64,000 nt of DNA from Eledone cirrhosa (taxonomy: Eukaryota): NCBI GenBank assembly GCA_964016885.1, contig OZ024741.1, positions 319,176,001 to 319,240,000 on the forward strand, written 5' to 3'. Positions 1 to 13,431 of this stretch are shown one piece after another (position 1 is the first letter of the stretch; every line of letters begins with the position of its first letter). Under the pieces are notes generated by a model that saw nothing but the letters and a program-made list of their open reading frames with translations, was not told the DNA's origin and searched no databases. The position numbers and the translations under genes were made by a program.

Positions 1-146
1 TCCAGCATAGTTACGTCCCTTTACGGTCTGAGTTCAAATCTCGTTAAGGTTAACTTTGCCTTTCATCATTACGGGGTCGATAAAATAAAGTACCAGTAAT
101 GTACTGGGTAATTGCTGGCCTTGTGCCAAAATTAGAAACAATTATA
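1..146 (+). mobile_element. tRNA-derived SINE family A, 3' part (cut by window edge)
   Basis: B-box GAGTTCAAATC, body GCCTTTCATC..GGGGTCGATAAAATAAGTACCAG, end GGCCTTGTGCCAAAATTAGAAACAATTA; matches copy at 25897-26082. Confidence 0.85.
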
Positions 147-410
147 TACTTATAATCCTTCTTATCTCCTCTATCCTATTCCAACCCTACAACACCCTCT
201 CTTCTTTTTCAGCAAAGAGGACTCTTTAGTCGAACCTATGACCAGGAACCTCCCTAGTAGAGTACAAGAACATATATAAATAGAATGTGGACACCAAGCC
301 CATCTGAATACTTGCCAGAGTACAGAAATATATGTAAGAATGTCTTCTGAAAGCAGTTTGATGATGTAGAGATAGGTACAGGTTAACTGTAAAGAAAAGG
401 GTTTATCTAC

Positions 411-500
411 CTTGGATGTCTTGGTGGACATCCTTACTACGGCTCTTCATGTTGTCTCTGAAATCAGTGATGTGCTTTAGGTAAGGTCCCAGCAATCTCT
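411..500 (-). CDS. Host gene exon (laminin-alpha-like protein): RLLGPYLKHITDFRDNMKSRSKDVHQDIQ
   Basis: cag acceptor, gtagat donor, 90 nt phase 1/1, joins in frame to exon 6157-6373. Confidence 0.8.
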
Positions 501-520
501 CTGTCAAGTAGAAATTATTC

Positions 521-1690
521 TTACAAACTTACACAGACTGTAGTAAATATATATATATATACAAACTTACATGGACTGAGGTAAATATATATACAAACTT
601 ACATGGACTGAGGTAAATACATATACAAACTTAGATGGACTGAGGTAAATATATATACAAACTTAGATGGACTAAGGTAAATATATATACAAACTTACAT
701 GGACTGAGGTAAATATATATACAAACTTAGATGGACTGAGGTAAATATATATACAAACTTAGATGGACTAAGGTAAATATATATACAAACTTACATGGAC
801 TGAGGTAAATATATATACAAACTTAGATGGGGCTGAGGTAAATATATATACAAACTTACATGGACTGAGGTAAATATATATACAAACTTACATGGACTGA
901 GGTAAATATATATACAAACTTACATGGACTGAGGTAAATATATATACAAACTTACATGGACTGAGGTAAATATATATACAAACTTAGATGGACTGAGGTA
1001 AATATATATACAAACTTACATGGGGCTGAGGTAAATATATATACAAACTTACATGGACTGAGGTAAATATATATACAAACTTAGATGGACTAAGGTAAAT
1101 ATATATACAAACTTACATGGGGCTGAGGTAAATATATATATATATAAATATATACATACTTATATGGGATGAGGTAAATACATATACATACTTACATGGA
1201 CTGAGGTAAATATATATATACATACTTACATGAGCTGAAGTAAATATATATATACAAACTTGCATGGACTGAGGTAGATATATATATATATTTACATGGG
1301 CGGAGGTAAATCCATATATATATATACACATACTTACATGGGCTGAGGTTTTATATATATATACACATACTTACATGGGCTGAGGTAAATATATATATAT
1401 ACAGGCTTACAAGGACTGATGTAAATATATATACAAACTTACATGGACTGAGGTAGATATATATATACATACTTACATGGGCTGAGGTAAATATATATAT
1501 ATACATACTTACATGGCCTGATATAAATATATATACAAACTTACATGGGCTAAAGTAAAAATATATATACATACTTACATGGACTGATGTAAATATATAT
1601 ATATATATATATATATACATACTTACATGGGCTGAAGTAAATATATATACATACTTACATGGACTGATGTAAATATATATACATACTTAT
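521..1690. repeat. 32-bp minisatellite (ACAAACTTACATGGACTGAGGTAAATATATAT)n
   Basis: Tandem units with 32-bp period, degenerating with (TA)n expansions; resumes at about 5868-5920 after the CR1 insertion. Confidence 0.95.
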
Positions 1691-1719
1691 ATATATATAT
1701 ATATATATATATACATACA

Positions 1720-4700
1720 TTTTATTTCTATCAAAATCAAGTGCGCTAAACCTATATTGTTTACATTCTGTGTTTTTCTACGGATGGGCAGAAATAACAA
1801 AATTGCCATGGTGATATCCATGGATGAAGTATGCGACAAAACTGGTCGCTGTTCCAAAATAGAACATTGACCAGAAAATCACATCTGCCATATCTGTACG
1901 GAACCTGAAAACTCGTTCCGTAATCGTTGGGTCGAATGTGAAACCTGTCGCATCTCTGCCTGCCTTCAATGCGCCACAGGCTTCCGGAAGATCCTAGGCC
2001 AAATCAAGAAACATCATATTGCTATGATGGATAGACTCTGGGAGATGGTCCAGCTAACAAATTGGTCCTTTCAGTGCCTGGACTGTATGCCTGCCTCTCC
2101 CATTGCTGCAGAACAACAACAACAACAAAAACCGAAGATCGTATCTTCCTCTACCATTGTTCCTGAACAACAGCAAAAACCAACGACCGTAGCTTCTGCT
2201 ACTACCCCCGTTGAAGGACTTCATCAACAACAGCAACCCATGTCTTCCTCCCCCGTTACTTTTCAACAACAACAACCGACGACTGTGTCTTCCCCTACCA
2301 TGCCAGTTGAAGGAGAAGAACAACAACAAAAATCGACCGTCAATACGGAGTTTGAGGAAATACGACAAATGATTTCCGCTTTAAGCCGAGAAATAACGGG
2401 AATAGAATCAAGCGTTCGTGTAGAACCCCACAATGAGGGATCTTACCGGAGTGCCTTGTTAAAAAATCTCCGCGTACCCCATGTTGAACCTAGACGCATT
2501 GAGAATGCCACTGAATCTGCAAACCACGAAGTGATTGCCATTGGTGTACCAGAAGACATAGTTGATCTTCAGGCATTTGCTGCCAGTTCATCCAAAGACT
2601 TGGGCTGTGCTCCCGCAAAGGGTGCTCTACGCTTTGGCCGACCAGGCCTGAAACCCAGGCTAATTCGACTGTTGTTTTCGAACTCAACTGAGGCACGTTC
2701 ATACCTTGTAGCCTCTGATAGAGCTCGGCATGAAAGTCGGATTGCTTTTCGAACACGCCGTGGTCTTCCACCTGATGTCCACCCAAAGTTGCGTGCTGCA
2801 GCTTCCTTAAACCGCAGCTCGGCAGAACATGAAAGCTTCAGCCTACGAGATGGTGGGCAGATATAGAAGTTTGTTAAGGCTGGTGAAACATGGAAAAGAG
2901 ATAACAGCTGGTTTGAAAACACTGTACCCACAACAACTGACAATAAAGAAACGGAAAAAACTCTGGGAAACTAAATCAGAACAACCTGCCATCCCCTGCA
3001 CATAATCATATACTGGAATCAAGGTACAAATTGTCCTTGAATGCACATAGTCTATGCAATAAGATTCATCTTTTTGACTCCTACGTCAAAAGTATCAACC
3101 CTGACTTCATTAGTCACGGAAACTTGGGCACATCCCTTACTCTGTGATGGGTTTTCAGTATAACTGGCTACAACCTGTTTCATAAAGACCGCATTAATCG
3201 TGGTGGTGGTGGTGTAATGGTCTACGTTCGGTCAAATTTGTCAGCAATTCCTTGTGTTGATTTAAACCAATCACAGAAGGAAGTTTTTTTCTGCGATATA
3301 CGTATGACCATGTCAACACTGCTACTTGGAGTCGTTTACCATCCCCCAAATTACCATCAGGACACTCAACTTTGTGATATCCTCAGAGCTGCTGCCAGGA
3401 AGACAGCCACTTATGTTTTCATTGCAGGAGACTTCAATAACCCTGAGATTGACTGGGAAACCTTTCGTTGGCCGCCAAGTGCAAATGACATCCTTGCTGG
3501 ACTCGAGTTGGTCCCAAGTAGTCACCTCCCCAACAAGAGGTGACAAGACTTTGGACCTACTCTTCACCACTACTCCTGAAACGGTCATTAGTGTTACTGC
3601 TGAGGAACCTTTAAGTGACTCTGATCATGCTATGATCATTGCCAATCTATCCCTCATGGAACCACAACCATAAAGCAGACTGAAACTGTTACTGCACCGA
3701 GTTGCAACAGCCAAACTGGCTTGAGTTCTACGACTCTGGAGATGTCAACACTGTACTCCAGAACATCCTGAGCTCAATATGGACAGCATGTGCAGCATCG
3801 GTGCCACGTTAGTGGAAAAAACATCCAAAAAGTGCAATTTGGGAGACTGCAGCAGTCCGTCTCGCCAAAAAAGAACGGCGCAATGCTGAACGTGAGTACA
3901 CACTTCACAAATCAGACATTAATAGGAAGAGGCGAAATAGATCGTCCAACCACCTCAAACAGGTGCATAGCAACCAGCCCTGACAGTAAGGTGTTCTGGA
4001 AGTATGTTCACTCAAAGCAGAGGCCTCACTCTCCAGTTGGTCCTCTTCACAATCCTCACACAAGCCAGGTTACTGACGACCCCAAGGAATGCGCAGAGTT
4101 CATTGCTGAATGCTATGCAGGCATTTTCACTATTGAAGACCAGAGTGTACCATCTCCACCACCTATGACACCGGATTGTATTACAACCATGGAATTTACA
4201 CCTGCAATGCTGCGACGTCACCTAAAAAATAAACGCAACCATGCCTCTCCTGGTCTTGATGGTGTTACGTACCTGTTTCTTAAACATGGTGGGTACTTCC
4301 TTCTGCACCAGTTATCACGCTTCTTCCAATTCTGTCTGAACAACGGTGCTACTCCAGAACAGTGGATAACTGCCAATGTCATTCCTCTGTTCAAAAAGGG
4401 TGACCGCACATCACCTGTGAACTATCGTCCAGTCAGTCTTACTAGTTGCATTACCAAACTGATGGAATCCTGTGTCAGAGAAACACTTTGGAACTTCTGG
4501 AACTCTCACAGTCTTATCCAGCCCTCATAATTTGGATTTATCCCCAACTCCAGCTGCTGTGATCAACTTATCGAGTTTCTTGAAGACATCACCCGGATCA
4601 CTGATGGCGGCTCATGGGTGGATGCTGTTTACCTTGACTTTGCGAAAGCCTTCAATTCTGTGCCACACAAAAGACTTATGGCAAAACTCTCTGCAATATG

Positions 4701-5865
4701 TGTGAAGGATGATCTTTTTAACTGGTTGAAGTCCTTCATTCTCAGTCGAAGAGAGGTAGTCACGGTTCTGGGACAGCATGCTCCACCATATGAGATGTCA
4801 TCTGGTGTACCACAGGGATATGTTCTTGGCCCCCTTTTGTTTGTGGCATATATTAATGACATAGATGCCAACTTAAAGAATGCCACAGTACTAAAGTACG
4901 CAGATGACATCAAGCTGTACCTTGAGATAAAAAGGACAGATCCTGAACACTATAGATCTTGCTTGCAGTCTGACCTGGACACAATGCAACAATGGATCTC
5001 AGACTGGCAACTCAAGCTAGCTGTGGACAAGTGCACCACCATGCATTTTGTGAGTAAAAACCCAGCGTCCACATACTCCCTCCACAGCACTAATATCAAG
5101 AAGTCTTCTTGTGAACGTGACCTGGGCATTACGGTCAGCAGTGATTTGCGTTGAACGAAGCACGTCTCTAAAATTGTCAAGAGGGCCGAGGGTGTCTTAG
5201 TATCACTCAGAAAGACCTTTGTCAGCCGCTCTCCAGCTATCTATTTAAGGCTGTACATGGCTATGGTGCGGCCACACTTAGAATTTGCATCACCAGTCTG
5301 GAACCCCTATCTTGCTCAGAACATTGACCGCCTGGAAACTGTTCAGAGATGTGCAACCAAGCGAATACCCTCCATCAGGCATCTACCATACTCTGAAATC
5401 CTTACTTCCCTGGGCATGGATACATTGAAGCTCTGACGCCTGGCAACTGACTTGGTAAACACCCACAAAATTATTAACCATTTTGCCAACAACAACCCTG
5501 AGTACCTTTTTGATTTCCATGTGTCTAACACACGTGGGCATGCCCACAAAGTCAGAAAACAGCACAGTTCCCATGACTTTCTGAAACATTTTTTCACGCT
5601 CAGAGTTGCTGAAGCATGGAACAAACTACCTGCATCGGTTGTTAGCTGTCGAGACACTGCATCCTTTAAGGCCTCCATGCTTCCCAAGATTCGCCAACAC
5701 TACACCTAACGTTCCTCCCTCCATACACATACACACATGTATATCATGACTCATACACTATTCACTTCCCTGACATTTGTATATTATTCTATGTACTATA
5801 CATGCACCTTTGACGAGTTGTAGTGCACCTGAGCACTTTACACAATAATTTCATTATTATTATTA
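1720..5865 (+). mobile_element. Near full-length degenerate CR1-like LINE (ORF1 PHD+polyQ; ORF2 APE+RT; (ATT)n tail)
   Basis: APE motifs (GVVYHPP, AGDFNNP, LDLLFT, SDH) and RT motifs ([32 protein letters not shown]); frameshifts and stops; tail CACAATAATTTCATTATTATT. Confidence 0.95.
1808..2866 (+). pseudogene. CR1 ORF1 with N-terminal PHD-like finger and polyQ repeats
   Basis: In frame upstream of track ORF 2024: CHIC..WVECETC..CLQC..FQCLDC; one stop at 1868. Confidence 0.75.
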
Positions 5866-6156
5866 TATTACATGGATTGATGTAAATATATATATACATA
5901 CTTACATGGATTTATGTAAATATAAAAATAATTTTTTTCAACATTACTCCCACTACTACAGTCTCTCTCTCGTACACATAAACAGACACTCTTACCATCC
6001 CCCTTTTCATAAAGACTTGTTACAGCATAGGATTATAAAAACAATATTTTGGCATTTTAATTAGTCAAACAACCTTTGAGATATAAGATAGATGAAGTTA
6101 AGATGTTTGATATGCTTGTTCTTAAATGTTCTTTCATCTCCTAAATGTTTACTTAC

Positions 6157-6373
6157 TGGAGGAGCTAACAGGTATATAGCCTTTGCTGTCAACAAATTCA
6201 AAACCATCTTCATCAACATTAGACGTTGTTAAGTCCTCTTCCCCATCCTCATTGCTGCCCTCCACTTCACACATATCTACGTTGCCAGATCCTTCATCTA
6301 GATCTTGTCCATTGTTACAGACTTTCTTTTTATTCAGAAATCTCAAAATATTGGCCCACACATCATCAAGTTT
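6157..6373 (-). CDS. Host gene exon: KLDDVWANILRFLNKKK...DEGSG...YIPVSSS
   Basis: ctgtag acceptor, gtaagt donor, 217 nt phase 0/1, open frame. Confidence 0.85.
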
Positions 6374-6589
6374 CTACAGAAAGGGAGATAAGAAAATATA
6401 ATCATGAATTACAAAAAAAAAAGATATATGAACACAATGATAATGATGGTGGTGGTAGTAGTGGTGATGATAATGGTGGTGGTGGTGTATGATGGTGGTG
6501 ATGGAGGTAAATATGATATTGGTAGTGATGGTAGTGATAAAGATGATAAAAATGACATTAGCACAATCATCTAAGCAAAACCAAAATCA

Positions 6590-6803
6590 TGGATTGGCAC
6601 GATTGGTAGAGCATCAGACAGCATGCTTTGCAGCATATAATTATGGCCATTTACATTATGAATTCAAATCTTGCCGAAGTTAGTTTTGCCTTTCATCCCT
6701 ATGGGGTTGATAAAATAAAGTACCAGTAATTCATTAGGGTTGATTTAATCAATTTTCCCTTTCCTTTCAAATTGTTGGCCTTGTGCCAAAAGTAGAAACC
6801 ATT
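6590..6803 (+). mobile_element. SINE family A
   Basis: Diverged copy of 25897-26082. Confidence 0.8.
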
Positions 6804-7412
6804 ATTTCTTTTATTTCCTTATCATTTCATTGTTCTTATGTTGGTATTTGGATAGCTAGATATGAAGTTGTCTGCTGCAGTCTTAGGTATACAGACAAGA
6901 CTGTAGCAGAAGTCTCATATTTTGCTTACATACATTCCAGCATTTTACTGGGTATATACTGGGTGTATTTTATCATGACACCAGCAACTGCAGAGTCCTC
7001 TCAACCATTTGTTTATCATGTTTTCTACAGATAAGTCCTTTCTTGATGCCAACCACTTTACCAAGTATACTAGGTGCATTTTATTGTGACACAAACAGTA
7101 GAGGTACACCAGCAACTGAGGCGTTCTCTCAATCCTTTATTTGGCAACTTTTCTACACCTGAATACTTTCTAATTCTAATTGCTTTACTGTGTGTACTGG
7201 ATGCATTTTATCATGGCACCAGCTTTAAAGAGGATGTTATGCTCTTAGCACAACTGAAAAATCCTCATGACTCTTTTTTTGGGCAAGTTTTCTACAGCTG
7301 GATGCCCTTCCTAACATTTACCACTTTACAGAGTGCACTGGGTGCAATTTTCATGGCACCAGCATTAGAGAGGTTGTATTCATGGCATAACTGAAAATAG
7401 AAAGAGTCTAAC

Positions 7413-7779
7413 CTTGATAATCTCTCTGAGTCTTAGTTCAATATCCTCATTGCTATCACCACTGCCCTGGTCTGCATTCCTGACTTCTCTCCGACGACGA
7501 GATCTGAGCTTCTTAAAATATTTTTTTTTCTTTCGCAACCATCTGTTCCATTTGTTAACTTGACTACTATCACCATCACCTCTACCATCATCATGGTCAC
7601 TTATACTATGTTTTTCAGTTGCATTTCTTTTCTTACTGCTTTTAAATCTTTTTAGAATTGACCAATAATGGACTTTCTTTCTCAATCTTTCCAAACTGTC
7701 ATCAGTTTTATCATTTTGATTTCCATTTCTAAAGCGCAAAATTATGTTTCTTCCTGCATGAAGAACTGGTTGCAGTTCC
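7413..7779 (-). CDS. Host gene exon: ELQPVLHAGRNIILRFRN...RGD...RSRRRR...GSGD...LREIIK
   Basis: ttttgtag acceptor, gttaga donor, 367 nt phase 2/0, open frame. Confidence 0.85.
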
Positions 7780-7849
7780 CTACAAAATATCAGAAAAGTA
7801 GGAATGATAAGTTGGTAAGTTTATGTTGAATGTTAGAAGAGACAGAGTT

Positions 7850-8790
7850 ATCCTGTATCCCTGTCTGTATCTGGTTTAGAATAAGTACACTATATCCCTG
7901 TATGCATCAATTTTAGAGTAGGTACACTGCATTCCTGTATATATCTGGTTCAGAATAGATACTCTGTATCCCTGTGTGAACCTAGTCTAGAATAGGTACA
8001 AAGTATCCCTGTGTGTATCTGGTTAAAATAGGTACACCATATCACATGTATCTGGTTTAGAATAGGGATACTGCATTCCCTTGTGCATCTGGTTCAGAAT
8101 GGGTACACTATATCCCTGTATGTATCTGATTTAGAATAGGAACACTGTATTCCTGTATGTATCTGGTTCAGAATAGGTATACTGTATCCCTGTGTGTACC
8201 TAGTCTAGAATAGGTACACTGTATCCTGTGTGTAACTGGTTTAGAATAAGTATTCCATAAAACTGTGTATCTGGTTTAGAATAGGTATGTTGTATCCCAG
8301 TGTGTCTAGAATAGGTACACTGTATCCCTGTGTATCTGGTTTAGAATAGGAAGACTGTATTCCTGTATGTATCTAGTGCATTCCCATGTGTATCTGGTTC
8401 AGAATGGGTACACTATATCCTTGTCTGTATATAGTCTACCAGGTTTAAAGTAGACACACTACATCCCTGTGTATGTCACATTTCAAATAGGTACACTGTA
8501 TTCCTGTGTTTATCAGGTTTATAATAGGTATACTGTATCCCTGTGTGTATCTGGTTTACAAAAATCACTCTGTATCTCTGGGCATCTAGTTTACAATAGT
8601 TAGACTGTATCTGTGTGTGTGTATCAAGGTTTAAAATAGACATACTGTATCCCTGTGAATATCATATTTAAAATAGGTACACCTTATCACGATGTGTATT
8701 TGGTTTAGCAGAGGTACACTGTATCTCTGTGTGTATTTGGTTTAGCAGAGGTACACTGTATCCCTGTGTGTATCAGATTTAAGACAGGGT
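7850..8790. repeat. About 38-bp minisatellite (GGTTTAGAATAGGTACACTGTATCCCTGTGTGTATCT-like)
   Basis: Over 20 diverged tandem units. Confidence 0.9.
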
Positions 8791-8927
8791 GTACCTTCAC
8801 CACCACTCTCTCTCTCTCACTTACACACACACTCTTACCATCTCTTTTCCAACATGACAGACGTTTTTCATGAAATATACGCCAGCTTTAATATAGTAAC
8901 TGCTACACTGATGTTGTTTCAACATAC

Positions 8928-9103
8928 CTGTCAATAACCTCCATGACCTCATCAATATCTGTGTAATGTCCACTGACCTGGGATGCCCAGTTTCTTACTT
9001 GTCGCTTTTGTGCTTCGGTGAGAGGTTTTTGATTTGCTGCTTGTCGTTTTAAGGCAGCACTGAAGTCAATCTTAGAAAGATATTCCACTTTTAACCAACA
9101 TGA
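8928..9103 (-). CDS. Host gene exon: SCWLKVEYLSKIDF...DEVMEVID
   Basis: ttttcag acceptor, gtatgt donor, 176 nt phase 0/2. Confidence 0.85.
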
Positions 9104-9689
9104 CTGAAAAATATATGGAGGAAAAAAAAATAACATAAAATATATTTCCAAAATCAGTGGAGGGAAACTGAGGAAGAGGAAGTCCAAGAAAGATGTGGGT
9201 AAAATTGGTGAAAACTGAACTCAAGAAACTACACTACACAAAGGAGATGACAAAGGGGAAGAGACACACGAAGAGATGCTGTACTGGAGAATATTTGTCT
9301 AACGTATGTAAGGAAGGAAGCCATGGAAGCGGAAGACCAAGAAAGACATTGGCAGAGGGGTGGAAAGTTAACTAAGAAACTGCATCTCACAAAAGTAAGA
9401 GATGAGTGGAGGGAAACGATGGAAGTGGAAGAGCCTGAAAGACATGGGCAGAGGGGCTGAACGTTGACATCAAGAAACTACACCACACAAAGATGGCAAA
9501 GGAAAGAGACACAGGGAAATATGCTTTAGCAGGAAAAATGGCCTTAAACCACTAGCTGCAGAGAGTAATGGCTAAAGACTCCCTTTCGTCACCAATGACC
9601 ATGGAATTTGTACCTAGAAATTTCTCCTCTGAGGTACAAATCTAGGCAATGTTGTTTGTGGAAGACCAGCAGTTGCCCATGCATACCAG

Positions 9690-9906
9690 TCTCCCCTCTC
9701 CACACCACCAATGTTGTTCAAAGAAAAAGAATGGCTGATACAGCTTGGCACCAGTGACATTGCAACTCATTTCTACAACTGAGTGAACTTGAGCAACATG
9801 AAATAATGTGTTTTGCTCAAGGATACAATACAATATATCATCCAGTCTTAGAATCAAACTCACAACCTCACAATTGCAAGCCCAACACTCCAACCACTAA
9901 GCCATG
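9690..9906 (-). mobile_element. CORE-like tRNA SINE (family B related)
   Basis: Reverse complement begins TGGCTTAGTGGTT and contains TCCTTGAGCAAAACACATT. Confidence 0.7.
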
Positions 9907-10214
9907 TCACAACTAGCTGTATAAATAGCTGTAAGCTACTAATCTAGCTGCACAAATAGTTTTAAGCTACTAAACTCTCTGTGAACAGAAGATGGCTCTT
10001 GTTTCTCTGACTAACAAGATGGGGAAATAGCCAGATGGAATTCCATTCTTATTCTTCCCATAAACAGATAAAACCTTGGTTTACACTTCATGGTGAGGAA
10101 AAAATTGTATATTTATAAAAAAAAAACTTATTTCAAAATATATTTTAAAATATATACATGCATGTATGAGTGAAAATATACTTGTCTATACCTCCAGAAT
10201 ATATATATATATAA

Positions 10215-12120
10215 CCCTCTCATAACTATGGAAACTAGGTATAGAGGAGTGGCTTGTGGGGACAGTGCAAGCTATGTACAGAGGAGCTGTCAGTAAAGTG
10301 AGGGTAGGAATGGAATTTAGTGAAAAATTCCAAACACAAGTAGGAGTTCATCAGGGTTCGGTCCTCACCTTACTTTTATTCATTATAGTTCTCCAAACCA
10401 TAACAGTTTAAGACTGGCTGCCCATGGGAACTTCTCTATGCTAACGATCTGGTACTTAGAGCAGTCAGCAAAGTTAGGATTAGCAATGAGTATAGCGAGG
10501 AATTTAGCATACTGGTCGGTGTCCACCAGGGCTCTGTTCTTAGCCCTCTCCTGTTCATCATAGTCCTGCAGGCAATAACAGAGGAGTTTAAGACCGGATG
10601 CCCATGGGAACTCCTGTATGCTGATGACCTCACACTTATAGCTGAATATATGGTAGAACTAGAGAAGAAATTCCAAACATGGAAGCAGGGACTAGAAAGA
10701 AAGGGTCTCAAAGTCAACCTGACAAAGACTAAGGTCGTTGTAAGTAGATGAGAAAACAGAACCCAGATCCCCTCAGGGAAATGGCCTTGCTCAGTATGTA
10801 GGAAAGGTGTACGTAGGAACTCCATTCTCTGCCCCAAATGCAAACAATGGGTCCACAAGAGATGTAGTGGGATCTCAGGGAGCTTAACTAAGAATGTAGG
10901 CTTCACATGCAGCAGCTGTGCTGGGACAGCAAGCGGCAAACAGCCACAGGAAACAAGTACCACCAATCTCTGGGAGGGCTCTGTAGAAACAGTAGACAGC
11001 TTCTGCTACCTAGGTGACCGAATTAGCAGCAGAGGTGGGTGTTCGGAAAGTACAATAACCAGGGTAAGAACAGGATGGAAGAAGTTCAGGGAACTACTGC
11101 CACTGCTAGCTGCAAAAGGCTTTTCCCTCAAAATGAAAGGCAGACTGTATGATGCGTGTATATGAACAGCAATGTTACAGAATCAGTTCCCGTATGAGCA
11201 AGACAAGATCAGCCGACCGGACACTGCCCACAACAGGACAACCCGTCTAACCCATGCTAGCGTGGAAGAACGGATGTAAAACGGTGATGATGATGAAAGA
11301 GGACAAGGCTCTGATTCCAACAGGGAAATGGCCATGCTCGATATGTAGAAAAGGAGTTGGCATAAACTCTATAAAATGTACACAATGTAAATCTTGGGTA
11401 CACAAGTACTGGGATAGCAGGAAAACTAACAGGAAGGGAAAACTTTGTTTGTAGTAGATGTTCAGGGAAAATTGATTGAAGTGTCTGTGATAGGCACACT
11501 TTTCAAATGTGGTAGGATCTATAGAGGTGGTTGGTAGCTTCCAATATCTAGGTGATCAAATTAGCATGAGAGGAGGATGCTCCAAGGCCATAGTATCTAG
11601 AATAAGGACAGGATGGAAGAAGTTTAGGGAGCTGCTTCCTCTGTTGACAACAAAGGGCTTCTCTCTGTGAACAAAAGGTCGGTTGTATGATGCCTGTGTG
11701 AGATGCGCGATGCTGCATGGTAGTGAGACATGGACAGTAACTGCGGAGGATATGTGAAGGGTGGAGATAAATGAAGCAAGCATGCTCCAATGGATGTGCA
11801 ATGTCAATGTGCATCAAACGACTAAGCATGGACTTGAGAGAGAAACTGTGTATAAGAGGAATACACTGTAGTTTGCAGGAGAGAAGACTACATTGATATG
11901 GCCATGTGATACATATGGATGAAGTATCAAGTAATTCCAGTGGAAGGAAGAGGCAGTAGAGGAAGACCATGGAAAACATAGGCAAAGGTGGTGAGAGCTG
12001 ACCTCAGATCGCTGAAGCTCACAGAGGAGATGACAAAGTACTGTGACAAATAGAGAGATGCTGTGCCGAAGAGGACCCGTCCTACACTTGCAAGCAAGGA
12101 AAAGTGGGCATAAAATGATA
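10215..12120 (+). mobile_element. Cluster of RTE LINE fragments (families A and B) with a SINE/RTE tail
   Basis: GVHQGSVLSP, ELLYADD, PHD segment, FxYLG, GRPxKT; tails at about 11290 and 12120. Confidence 0.9.
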
Positions 12121-12329
12121 ATAACTATATTTTTAGTTAATCTTGAAAATTATCAACAATTCTAAGCGATTTAGTAAAAATAACTAAGTCTTTAATTAAT
12201 TGGTACATTATGCCAGTGTATAACTTAAAAGATTTTCACATAAAATGAATATGAAATGTTTTAAATTTAAATGTGAACATATTAAAACAGATAGTTTTGT
12301 AGCATAGAAGTGCAGGTAACTTGGTATCA

Positions 12330-12560
12330 AGAGGGATTCTATTAAAGTAACCCTCTTGATACCAAGTTTTGAGGAGGGCATGAAAGCGGCAGCTAAAGAC
12401 AAACGTCAAAGAAGAGAGCTGTCCACCACCCAACCACAAACAGATCAAGTACACACTTGCCCCAACTGTACCAGAGCCTGTGGGTCCAGGATTGGCCTCT
12501 ACAGCCACCTCAGGGTGTGCCACCACATGGAACAGTACAACAATTCTTCCCACTGATCTT
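12330..12560 (+). mobile_element. 3' fragment of a BovB-type RTE with C2H2 finger
   Basis: KRQRR..HTCPNCTRACGSRIGLYSHLRVC resembles the C-terminus of RTE-BovB proteins. Confidence 0.75.
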
Positions 12561-12603
12561 TGCAAGCGAAGAATTCACCCTTCAAAGTATAAAGTGCTCT
12601 TAC

Positions 12604-12699
12604 AGTTTGTAGCATTCTAAGAATATTGAGGTCTTTGATGATAGTTCGAATACGGATCTTTATATTGTAGTGTTCATCCATCAGGTCCCGATTCAGTAT
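12604..12699 (-). CDS. Host gene exon: ILNRDLMDEHYNIKIRIRTIIKDLNILRMLQT
   Basis: tttcag acceptor, gtaaga donor, 96 nt phase 0/0. Confidence 0.8.
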
Positions 12700-12852
12700 C
12701 TGAAACAAACAATATAATGTACACATAATATATATGGTAGAAAAGTGTATATTTGATGACTTTAAGGTAAACATAAGGTAGAAACAAGGGTTTTGTGAAA
12801 GAAATGAACTGTCTATGCCTGCATCAACATAATGATAATAACAATGGTGATG

Positions 12853-12890
<38 letters not shown>

Positions 12891-12954
12891 TATGTGTATG
12901 TGTATGTGTATGTGTGCGTGTGTGTGTGTATGTGTATGGGTGGGGTAGGGGGTG

Positions 12955-13370
12955 CAGTAATACAGAAGACCCATCTTCCCATGGGCATGTGTTGAAGCAC
13001 ACATTTAATATGCACGACCTTCCCTTCCCACTTCCATATACCTCCCATGTCCTAACATGGCACCTACATCTTAACACCCCCACCCATGTTCTAATGCCTC
13101 ATCAACGACCTAACATTCCATCCATGTCCTAACACCTCATCGTTCACCAGATAAGTCCCACAGCCCCCAGTCACCACAAAGAGCAACTAGTACACACCGT
13201 AAATATGGTTGGTGTTAGGATGGGTATCCAACCATAGAAACCAAGCTCAAATCAGCCCTCTATGAGTAAGACATGGTCATCTGATCTGGTTTGTCTCAAT
13301 GTGACAACTTGTCTAACCCATGCTAGTGTTGAAAAATGGATGTTAAATCGTAATGGTGATGATGATGATA
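12955..13370 (+). mobile_element. RTE family A 3' UTR fragment
   Basis: GGTGTTAGGATGGGTATCC box, CCATGCTAG..GGATGTTAAA tail and (GAT)n. Confidence 0.7.
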
Positions 13371-13431
13371 TACATATGTAATAATTGATTGGTAAATGCC
13401 TCAGAAAATTGGTAAAAAGCAGTAAATATAT

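Noticed and set aside
521-1690. CRISPR-like regular 32-bp repeats
   Set aside because: Head-to-tail units with no unique spacers, no cas genes, eukaryotic context
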